32,883 nucleotides of DNA from Tubiluchus corallicola (Eukaryota > Animalia > Priapulida). The notes below the pieces were generated by a model, which saw only the letters and a list, made by a program, of their open reading frames with translations, searched no databases and was not told where the DNA came from. The position numbers were made by a program, and so were the translations under genes. Position 1 is the stretch's first letter, and each line of letters begins with the position of its first letter. The stretch is from assembly GCA_030141605.1 (NCBI GenBank), contig JAQGDQ010001600.1:1-32883 (forward strand), in the 5' to 3' direction. Shown here one piece after another: positions 10,449 through 22,400 of the stretch.

Positions 10449-13400
10449 CTGAAATTGACAATGATGTGTGATAAGCTGGTGAATAATGAATACACAGAAG
10501 GAAATAAATACTTTTTTAAATGTTTTTAATAACCAGTAAATCATTAAAGATACGAAATCTCATACAGATGTAGGGCATTTTAGTACGGTGAATCATTTTC
10601 TTCCATCCCTTTACACAAGTCATACCACCACACCACATTTTGCTACATTACACCACGCTGGGCCTGTTATACTGCCCTTTGCCACACTACAAAGCATTAC
10701 TTCACAATAATTACCCGCCCGCTTACATAAAACGTACTCATTTTAGGTAATCGTGTAGTTTCGGGAAAAGTGATTTTATATAGCTGGTTTCTGTATTGTA
10801 CAGCGAAAAGTTATCAATGTAGTTAATGTCTTTGGATCCAGTATGGTAGTGCCATCTATTGTCAACTTAGCCTATTAAACAAATCAGTCAAGGTCATGAA
10901 CCTGACGGTCGTGATTCATTATTTTGGCAAATGCGGCCACCAGTGACGTTTATCGATGGAACTTCCTCTGCAAAACCAGTATATTTCAGGAATGGACATC
11001 CTTAGTCTTGGTGATTCTGGGCTATCCGTCGTTTAGGAACTTAGGAAGCCAGTAGTCTTGGTGATTCTGGGTAGTCCGTCGCTTAGGAAATTAGGAAAGC
11101 CGTAGCCTTGGTGATTTCCAGACTGTCCGTCGCTTAGCAACTTAGGAAGCCCGTAGCCTTGATGATCCTGGGCACGTCGTTTAGGACTTAGGAAACCCGT
11201 AGTCTTAGTGATTCTGGGCTGTCCGGCGCTTAGGAAGCCGATAAAACCAATAAATAAACCAATTATATTGAGCAAATATTTTCAATTTTGTGTAGTTGAA
11301 AAAACCTTTAGCATACCTGAATAGTTATACGACCTACGATATAAGGTGACAAAATTCCGCTTAGTGTGCTTATGGTGTTTGAAATGCCCATAATGATACC
11401 ACCATATCGAGCTGCTATATCTATCATGTTAGGATACGTAGAAGAAAACGATAGAGACAAAAACGACATGCTAACAACAAGGAGAACTAAAAATGCTGTC
11501 TTCTGGTGGCATTCCAGATATCCACTAATCACCAGTAGTATTCCCGATATAACCAACCCTGTAACGGAATTCATAAAAGGATAATTATTTAATAGCACAT
11601 CAAGTGGAAGCCATGTTAATTTTTATTCAAATCAGCCCAAACAAAGCTAGTGACCTACCAATCTAAGGGGTAACAGTACAAAACTGAAAATAACAAAAGC
11701 GGCGCAAAAAGAAATAAAATTCTCGACTAATATGCCAGTGATAGGAAGTATCCATTAATATTTTTTGAAGCAAGTGAATTTGCAGTTAATAAGCAAACAA
11801 TTTCCTGGTAAACAATTCTGCAAGCAAGGTGCCCGAGGGTAAAACTGGATTTTTAAGTGTCTTTACAAAAATTGTTCTTAATGGCGTTATTCTCATTTAT
11901 GTAACATTTAGGTAAATTTTTAATTTTTAATCAACTCATATAAATCAAACCAATTAGCTCTCAACAAAATACTTATCAAAATTGTAATTTCTCTCACCAA
12001 TATTCCAAACTCGGCGAACATTTTTTGTGCTAAGAATTTCTCTTCGTCTAATCTCATCTGCCACAATACCACAAATGATCATAGTAACGGCATTGAAAAG
12101 CCAAGGTAATGCGGAATATAAGCCATTCTAAAAGAAACGCTTGCAGTGATTAATTTATCTTCAAGCTCTTAAGTAAATCAGAACCGGATATATTGGCGTT
12201 ACATTGCTTACAAAAAACATCTCATACTTAATACAGAAATATTAAGTATTAGTAATTATTCGCATTCAGGATTGGATTATCCTATGGCTATAAGCTAACA
12301 TAGGCTAGGACTCCTCAAGCTTTGGTTACATTTGCTAAAAAAAACTTTTTCTCTACGATTATGTTTAAATATGTGACAATTTAGTTTGCAAAAATAGTAA
12401 AATAGTGGTATTTCTTAAAGAGTATTCTTATTGACAAAAATTCATAGCTATCCGTGTTCATTTAAAAAATTTGCATAGGTTTACTTCTAACTTGGTAAAT
12501 GTAGCTAAAATATAACACGAGTAAAAATATTCAAGACGAGTGCGGGGCAGTTAGAGGATGGCTCCGTCAGAGGGGGTCACAATTTCATTAGCCTATAGGC
12601 TCCAAAGTGTCATAACGCGGTCTGTCTGCACTCACAGTTTTTTAAGTTACATGTGATGACTTCTGTGCTCCACCACCTATCGAGTACTTACTTGTCTTAT
12701 ATCAAAATGGAGGATTTCTCGCATAAATAAGGGAAGGCTGACAGCGATGGTATAACCGCCCCAAGATGCAGCAAAATCGTTAACAATGGTGGCCCACACC
12801 GGAATTGACGTGAACACAGCCTTCCATGGTACAATTGATTCCTGCGGAAAGATTCCCAGTAAGAATAAGAAGAGATCATTATTATAGGCTACGCTAATTT
12901 GATTCAGCGACTGTAAGCTATAATAATAAGTTTATTTAGCATCGTTACAACCAAAAAATTGAATTACAGTACATCATAAAATTACAAAATATAAAATCTT
13001 TAAAAGAATAAGCAAAGTAGAACATACAGCGACAAACACTATTACACTGTTACTAGATATATGAACGAAATAATTAAAAATGAGTCAAAAATTAAGTTTG
13101 GAAATTAAATAAGCCATATGAGATAAAACTGTTCTTGAATCTCTCAAATTGTCATTGTCAAAAAGCTAAAGTAATTTTATCAGTTTATACAGTGAGAATC
13201 TGAAGAGATGCATGCTTTATATTGAACAATGATTTTAATAAATAGCCGAACACGAAAAAACAAACGAACAAACAAAACCACTGAAACAAACAAACAAATG
13301 CAGACAAACAAATAAACAATAATTACAAGAGAAAACAACAAATAAAAAGAGAAAATCACAATTGGAATCTTGGAAATAATAAATCTTGGAAAAAGGCAAA

Positions 13401-16400
13401 AGGGAAGCATGCTGTGAAAGCAGAAAGAAAGAATTACACAAGAAGAGCAAAAGAAAAAGAAAACAAAAATAATTAAGAAAAGCAAAAAATGAATTACGAG
13501 TAAAGAATGATTGGTGTTTTATGACAATGTTAATAATGCACAAGACAAAACTATGTATATATATATATATATATATATATAGTTTCGAGATATATATATA
13601 TTATATTATGTTATGTTATATTATATTATATTATGTTACGAACAACTAGGAAACACCATTTATATGGAAATTACCTCTATATATCCAAACTTTACTTACT
13701 TATTAGATGATGACCACCTAAAATTACTATTAGGCTCAAACGATTCAGAAATTCTCCAAATTGTTTCTAATTTTGTTTTAAAATGTGTCAGTTCGCAAAT
13801 GTAATTATTAGAAATTGAAAAAAACGAACTATATATATAACTAACTATATATAACTTATGTAAACTAAATACTATATGTGTATGCAACTATCTTGAATTT
13901 GTGTTTATGTATATTTACGTTGTACCATTGGGTTTATACATCAAGGTTTGATGTTGCGTCTTTGGTTCAAATTGTTGAGTTTGACTTGTGTAATTGTGTT
14001 CTTGATAACGTGGTATATGTTTTTGTAGCGCTGTATATCATGTGTAATTGTATCTTTATAATCGGTGTGTGCATTGTGTGATTTGTAATTATGATTAAAA
14101 TATGAAAATATGAATGTATATATATATTAAGGATGTAAATTATAAAACCTGTTTTAAGTTTTCTGCGAGAGCATTTTCGATGTACTCTTTTTCTTGTTTA
14201 GAAATTCTTGGATGCTTTCCAGGCGAGTCGTGTCCAAAAATCAACCAAAACGCGAACCAGATAATTCCTATTGACCCTACAATAAATCGAAATTTTACTG
14301 AATACACATTCAAAACTCAATACGTCTTTATCGTAAGACCTTCCAGTATTTTAGGCCGTTGTTAATTTTGAATCAACATGGTCTACATGCAAAACTTAAA
14401 AGAAGCGCCAAGCCTTCTGGAAAGCTAGACTTATTTGAATGTTCGATAAAAATCTCAGAAGGATTTAGTAATAAAGGTGCGATAAGCACGATAATTAAAG
14501 TCGCGATCATTTTACGCTTGGGCGCTTCCATTTTGTACGCCCATTTCTCCACTATTGACGTCACTCGTCGACTAAAAACAAAAAGCAGCAAACTGTCAAT
14601 TTTAATGACAATGTTAGAATTACTTCAAGTAGCACATGCTTTCGGAGAATCACTATGCGCTTACGAAAAGTCATGAAGTCCACCAGTTACATCATAATTT
14701 TCAAATAAATGGCAGTGTGATATATGTGGTGTAATACCTGTGATATAGGACGCTTTCGTTACGACACCACAAACACTTTTTTGCTACTAATTTCCGATAT
14801 GTGCTGACACGTGGGTTCAGTGAATCTTTCCATTTAAGCATAGTTCACAGGCATGTATACAGAATAGAAGCAAATAAAACAGGTTTTAATAATACCGATA
14901 AATTCTGTGTTTAATGAGATAAGAAGTAAAAACAATTTACTTTAAATCAAAACAATAACAAACTTGTTATAATTATAAACGACGTTTCTAGTTAACTCAT
15001 GACAAACAGAAGACTAGTTAGCCCCAACCCAGGTGAGGGAGAAGGATGTAAGGTAAGTATACTTATCAGTTGTAGTGAGTGCAGTCGGAAGCTGTCGGAT
15101 TCTAACGTTTGACGTTCTCCATCACTCTGGAAGCTGGAATAACGTGACTAACCGGTTATGCGAACTTCGTGGAATCTTGAGCAGTTACTCTTTCAAAGCT
15201 CAGCAGGGGGTGGAATCTTACGTCGCCACTTCTACAATGCTTGTCAGGTGTACCGAAGTCGTAAGTGGTTACTTCACCAATCCTAGTGGAGTGCAGTGGA
15301 GTCCTGACCCGTGGAGCTCGTGGAACTACCATTGGTACAACGTCTGGTCATAACCTGGTTGTTTCTGCACCGGATCTCCTGAATTTCCGTTTACAGCAAT
15401 AACGAATAACGAATAACAGCCAGTTTATGGGTGTTTCCGCCTCACGGCTCGAACACCTAACCCTTTGGTGTGTCAGTGCCCTTTAATCACTTTCTGTCGC
15501 CACAGTAATTAAGTCTTGACTTCGATTGCTAATGTATGTTTCGTCGGAAGCCATATTTGACGACTTCACTGGCTTAGCACGTTCGACACACTGTCTTGAA
15601 CCTAGTTTCAATTTCTAGAACAGGTAAAACTGGATGACCTTGTCCTTTAACACGACGATTCATTGGCCAGATAGCCTGTTCAGTTGAGCATATGACCAAT
15701 CACTTACTTTCTTGTAAAGGAGATCTAGGACAGGTATGAGGTGGGACCCTTCCCAGAGCTAACTAGGTGCATGCTCATATATGTACAGTCAACTTGCTTT
15801 ACTGTAGTATGTAAATTTGCTTAATGAGTAATTAACTAATGACTCATTCAATTAACATAAGCAATTAGCTAACTTAAGCTATTAATGCAGCCTAAGTATG
15901 GGACATACACAAAATCATACTAGAATACAGTTCAACTATATTAGAAGGGGTTGCAATGCTGCTCGGTAGTTCTTATATTCCAGACTGACGTCACGGACGT
16001 CACATAGCCCCCGATCAAAGAGTATGCCACATACTTTAAAGTTATGGATGGAATATAAGATCTATCGGGATAGCAAATACTAATCAAACAAATTATAGCT
16101 GGCTAGCACAATACCTAGAAGCCATGATATCAACATTAAGACATCATATCATACGGGCCTGTAAGTTCTACTGAAAATTAAGAGTACATTCGTAAACCAA
16201 CAATTCATATGAAGCCTTTCGCAAAGCAGTTAAGCTATCACTATAACCTTTACACATCAGTAAAGTAGGAAATGTAAGCAACGCCGAACTTCTCCAAGTT
16301 CGAATTACATTCAACAGAGCATTCATCAACTCTATATCTAACTATGTGGTACCACAATGAAGTTTTCCTTTAAACTTATCAACTGCCACGTGGACTTTAC

Positions 16401-19400
16401 GTGATCTGAAGTTACTATCAGATTAACTAAGCTTCAATATCTGATTCTGAACTAATGGCCAACATGTTCAGCATATAAACATTGGTAGGCTCATGCCTTT
16501 CCAATACACAAGGGGTCTCCATCGTCCCTTGAAGGAGCACTAACAGGTGCAATACAGTTGGTAAGTGCCTTGGCATAGAATGCACATAGAGCATTCAACC
16601 CTATGTCATCAAAGTAGAAGTTACCGTATTTTAGGGCTTGCCAATTATAATTCAACCAAATAGATACGAGATTAAACACAAACACAATGTTACAACATTA
16701 TCACTTTAAGCGTTTCTGGCTATTTACAAGTTAGCAGTTTACTTTATTATTACTGTCACTCTGACTGCAAACGACTAAGTGCATCAGCGACTGGGTTTTG
16801 CGCCGCAGAAATATGCTCAATTGTGAAAGCATATTCGGTTAATTTAAGTGCCCAATGGCACAAACGGCGATTACGCTTGCGCATCTTATCAAGAGCAAGA
16901 AGACTTCGCTGGTCAGTGCGCAAAATGAATTCTCGACCTTCTAAATAATAGCGCAGTTTTTCGATGCTAAATACAACACTTAAGCATTCTAATTCGACCA
17001 CTGAGTATCTTGTTTCCGGTGCGGTTAACTTTCTGCTTATGTAAGTAATCGGGACTTCCCCGAGACCGTCCTTCCGATCCTGGGAAAGGACAGCACCGAG
17101 ACCAGTAAAACTAGCATCTGTAGTTAATATAAATGTCTCGTCAAAATTGGGAGAATGTAGAACAGAATCTGACGTGAGATAATCAGGTAGCTGGATATCA
17201 TTGATAGACTGAGTTGTTTTGGCTGTTGGGAAGAATGCATATTCAGGAAGACTGGACTCTTCTACTTGTCCCGCACCAATTTTTACACAGTCGTTTTCAA
17301 TTTCTTCCCAATTAATTTGTGCATTATCTTTGCACTCTGCATAGAGGGCTAGGAGTACTAGTTCTTCTTCTCTATCCACATAAGGTTTTAAACGATTTAT
17401 GTGGCAGATACGACAGTCTCTTCTCTTGCCAGATTTTCCGATTTTTACTTTGTACGTGTAATCCGAGATTTTGTCTACAATAGGATAGGGTCCACGCCAG
17501 GTAGATAACATTTTGCTGCCTTTCTTAAGGCGTTGCAGCATTACCTTATCACCGACTTGGAAGTTCTTTTGTCTAGTCAGCTTATCGTACCATCCCTTTT
17601 GAGCCAATTTGGCTGCCTCGAGTGACTGATGAGCATCTTCCAGTGTCTTATCTAGTGTATTTAGTATTCGAGTCACATACTCATCCACATCTTCGAGGGC
17701 TGGTGGCTTTTCACAGCCCCATCGCTCTTTCAGCATAGAGAGAGGACCACGGAGAGGATAGCCGAAAACTAATTCGTTTGGCGAATATCCTGTGGATTCC
17801 TGAGGAACCTCCCTATAGGCAAATAAGACAAAAGGTACAGCTTCATCCCAGGGAAGATTCGGTCGATCTTGTACAAGACGTCGAATAGAGTGTTTCAGGC
17901 TTTGGTTATAACGTTCACAAAGCCCATTAGTAGATGGTGCAAATGCTGAGGTATAAATTCCTTTAACTCCAAGTTCCTGCTCTAATGAACAGGTAAGTGC
18001 AGAAATAAACTGTGTACCTTGGTCTGTAAGAATCTCACGTGGTATGCCATACCGACAACAAAATTGCAATACTGCCTGGAGGACTGTTTTTGTTTCAATG
18101 TTGGGCAAAGGATAACAGTCTGGATAACGGGTGGCATGGTCAATAAGTACAAGCGCATACTTATTTCCAGCAGGAGTGCGATCTAGTGGTCCAATGAGAT
18201 CCATAGCCACACGATAAAATGGCTGAGATGGAATGGGCAGTGGTTTAAGTGGGACCTTATCAGATTTACGTACCCTGGCAGTTCTTTGACATGCAATGCA
18301 TGAACGACAATACTGGCGAACATTTCTTTTCACATGTGGCCAAATGAATTCCTGTAGGACACGATGTGTCGTTTTATTAATTCCTAAGTGGCCAGCCGTT
18401 CGAGCATCATGAGCAAGTTCCAAAACTTGTTTCCGCAAAACTTTTGGCAAAACAAGAAGCTCACGGGGCGGAGAAGCATTCCGCTGTTTGCACAGGTAGT
18501 ACAGAACGCCATTGCGGAGAAAATAGCCTTTACCATTGCGTCTCGCTTCTTTAAGTGTGACCGCATGATCAATCAGATTGCGAAGTGTGACGTCTTCAGT
18601 TTGCTCCGTTTTCACCTGCTCTAAGGGTATATCAAGTAAACTGTTTTGCACTGCATTTCCAGGAGTAAAAACTTCTTTCTGCAGTTGTTCATCACGTTTT
18701 ACTTCTGCCTGAAGCTTAGCAGCTTTAGCTCTCGTCACAGCAAATCCTGTCTCACTTAGGTTCCTTGTGTCATCAATGGGATTTGCAGTGATTGGCACAG
18801 GAATTTGGGGTCTTCCTTGCATTTCTGGTGCTCCTGTTTGGTTCCATTTATTTTGAGGGTCAACCTCCGTTTCTGAAGAAAAAGGTTTCAGTGACGAAAG
18901 GTAATTATTTCCTAACAGGAAGTCAGCTGGTAAGTTATCTACTACAGTTACTGTGAGACAGCCAGATATATTTAGCGAAGGGCATATGATCTCTATCTCT
19001 GCCACTTTACATGGAGCCTTATGTCCGTGGATACATAACAGGGACTTCGGGTCTTGTTTTAGATACTGTTCTTTTTTAACAAAATTTGGATGCAGCATTG
19101 ACACATTAGCACCACTGTCACGTTGCCCAGTAATTGGGTTGCCATTAATTAGAGCTTCAAACATATATGGCAGTGTGTCTTTGGGAATGTCTTTCCATCT
19201 TTCATTATTGACGCTTTGAATCAATTCAATATCACTGAAAAGCTGCCTATTCGGCTTCCCTAATTTGTTTCGAGTTAAAGCATTGGTACCAGAGGACGAT
19301 CGGCATTCAGAACGTCTGTGTCCTGGCTTGCCACAACCATAGCAAACGATTCTTCGGGGTTCTCCTTGATCTGCATTAGTAGTAGGTGCTGCGCTCTGCT

Positions 19401-22400
19401 TCTTCATCATAGGCCTAGTGGCAAACTTGTCTGGCCTCCTAAAGTGATCAGGGTTCCTCCCCATATCTTGGTAAGAAGCAACATATTTATCAGCCAGAGT
19501 TGCCATTTCCGTGCCTGACTGAGGTTCTTCTCGACGTAGCCATGTAGTTAAGTCTGTAGGCATCTTATTCATCATTTGTTCCATGGCAATTAGTTGGAAG
19601 AGCTTAGGGTAAGAGTCAACAGCGTCCATGGCCTCTACATAATCAGTTAAGGCTCGTTCAACCTTCAAGAAAAATTGTCGATATGTTTCATTCTTTGACT
19701 TCTCTAAAGTTCTGAAACGTTTCCTGTACACATCAGTACTCAAGATGTATGCATTAACCAGTGCTTTTTTAACTAGAGAATAATTTTTGACGTCGGTTCG
19801 AGGAAGTTGCTGGTAGGCGTTCGCTGCCCTGCCAGTAAGAGCTGGCCCTATGCACGCGGACCAATATTCTTCTTCAATTCCATTGGTAACAGCGCAAGTC
19901 TCGAACCAGTCCAGGAACTCATGTATATCTTCCTTGTCTTCATAGTAAGTTCGCACTTTCATGCGTTTACAAGGTGCGCAAGAAGGTGCAGTGGGGGTGG
20001 AAGCAGCAATAGGGCTCAACACAGGCATACTTTGATGCAAAGAAATAGTGGGGGCAACCTCAAGTTTACGTATTTCTAGTTGCACAATTTGCTGTTGCAA
20101 CTGGAGAAATTCTTTGGCGACTTCGCCATCCAAGGTAGATAAAGCCTCTGCGGTTAATTCAGGAAGCTTAATTGGCTTTGATTCCACCTTAACGTCTCCT
20201 AACACTGGCATTGGTGCGACAGTAGTCCTTTGTGGGGCGGATCCAGGTTCTTGAGCGCCGCGAAGCTCTGCAGCGACAGGCGTCCCCGTCGAAACTATGA
20301 GCTTGTTCGTTGGGCGTGTACTTTGACCTTGGTCAACGAGACCTGAAACAAAAGACTGGGTAGACCTTTCAATGGCGCCAGCGGCTCCGTCTGGCGTACG
20401 AACAGTGTCAACGTTTACACCTTTTACATGGCCCGGTGTTAGAGGTAAGTCTGAAAATTGTTGCCCTTGTTCCATTGTTTTATATGCTTGCAAAATGTGT
20501 TGTATGGATTGTGTTTTAGTTGTCTTGTTCGGGTCTAAAAGTAACCCTAATGTATTAGCTACTTCAATTAACTGTGGTTTGTTTAATTGCTTAAGATCGG
20601 TTTCCGTGTACAGCCGTGATTCCATGATAAACAATTACATAAACAACCGAAACAAGAAATTGTTAAACCACGAGCGCTATCAAAGTGCCAAGCAAGTGTT
20701 ACAATGCAACGTCTAATTACTCCTGTTTTAAAACCAACTAAACATGTGCGCAATAGTTTTTACTAATGACAATGAAGACTGCCAGCGCCTGCCTTCCGCC
20801 GTAGCTCATTAGAAATAAACTATAAGCGCAATGACGTAATATTAATTAACTGACGCAAACAAAGCGTTTCAAGGCTTACTGTAAACAAAGTTCGAGACAG
20901 TAAATAAATTATGCCAAGATTAAAAGAGAAGCAAACTGGCTATAGACCTTAAGGTCAGACAACATACTATACAATATACTGAAAACAAGATTGAACTGGG
21001 CTTCTTTAGTGCAGTATAAACAGGAATTATTTATCACTGAACTGCCCAAGGTCTGATAACCTTGACGGACCAATAAAATAATTGCGGAAGTACGTGCGCA
21101 ATTTACACAGCTAAACCGGTCAAGTTATTTGCAAATAAAGGACAAATTTAAGCTACAGTGTCTGTTAACGCTAGCCGAACAGGAAAAGAACATAATTGAT
21201 CATTAGACAAACGTAAACGTTGTTTACAAAAATTATGTCAGCAGAGCCACTTTAAATTCTGACACCATTTGTGATATATGTGGTGTAATACCTGTGATAT
21301 AGGACGCTTTCGTTACGACACCACAAACACTTTTTTGCTACTAATTTCCGATATGTGCTGACACGTGGGTTCAGTGAATCTTTCCATTTAAGCATAGTTC
21401 ACAGGCATGTATACAGAATAGAAGCAAATAAAACAGGTTTTAATAATACCGATAAATTCTGTGTTTAATGAGATAAGAAGTAAAAACAATTTACTTTAAA
21501 TCAAAACAATAACAAACTTGTTATAATTATAAACGACGTTTCTAGTTAACTCATGACAAACAGAAGACTAGTTAGCCCCAACCCAGGTGAGGGAGAAGGA
21601 TGTAAGGTAAGTATACTTATCAGTTGTAGTGAGTGCAGTCGGAAGCTGTCGGATTCTAACGTTTGACGTTCTCCATCACTCTGGAAGCTGGAATAACGTG
21701 ACTAACTGGTTATGCGAACTTCGTGGAATCTTGAGCAGTTACTCTTTCAAAGCTCAGCAGGGGGTGGAATCTTACGTCGCCACTTCTACAATGCTTGTCA
21801 GGTGTACCGAAGTCGTAAGTGGTTACTTCACCAATCCTAGTGGAGTGCAGTGGAGTCCTGACCCGTGGAGCTCGTGGAAAACGTCTGGTCATAACCTGGT
21901 TGTTTCTGCACCGGATCTCCTGAATTTCCGTTTACAGCAATAACGAATAACGAATAACAGCCAGTTTATGGGTGTTTCCGCCTCACGGCTCGAACACCTA
22001 ACCCTTTGGTGTGTCAGTGCCCTTTAATCACTTTCTGTCGCCACAGTAATTAAGTCTTGACTTCGATTGCTAATGTATGTTTCGTCGGAAGCCATATTTG
22101 ACGACTTCACTGGCTTAGCACGTTCGACACACACTGTCTTGAACCTAGTTTCAATTTCTAGAACAGGTAAAACTGGATGACCTTGTCCTTTAACACGACG
22201 ATTCATTGGCCAGATAGCCTGTTCAGTTGAGCATATGACCAATCACTTACTTTCTTGTAAAGGAGATCTAGGACAGGTATGAGGTGGGACCCTTCCCAGA
22301 GCTAACTAGGTGCATGCTCATATATGTACAGTCAACTTGCTTTACTGTAGTATGTAAATTTGCTTAATGAGTAATTAACTAATGACTCATTCAATTAACA

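Noticed and set aside
11001-11239. CRISPR-like array, and ORF 11033-11275
   Set aside because: The units are contiguous with no unique spacers, the context is a eukaryotic intron, and no cas genes are present; the ORF is a by-product of the repeat.
14359-14676. Intronic ORFs of 105 aa (+) and 72 aa (-)
   Set aside because: No recognisable motifs and not needed for the SLC17 reading frame; could be an old TE remnant but this is unsupported.
15075-15353. ORFs inside the LTRs (also 21629-21943, 21710-21892, 22024-22242)
   Set aside because: Short, without motifs, and the frame is broken between the two LTRs by the 13-bp and 2-bp indels.
16005-16755. env-like or displaced RT gene between pol and the 3' LTR (ORF 16491-16685)
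   Set aside because: Only 64 aa, with no RT, fusion or TM/furin motifs; treated as 3' UTR.
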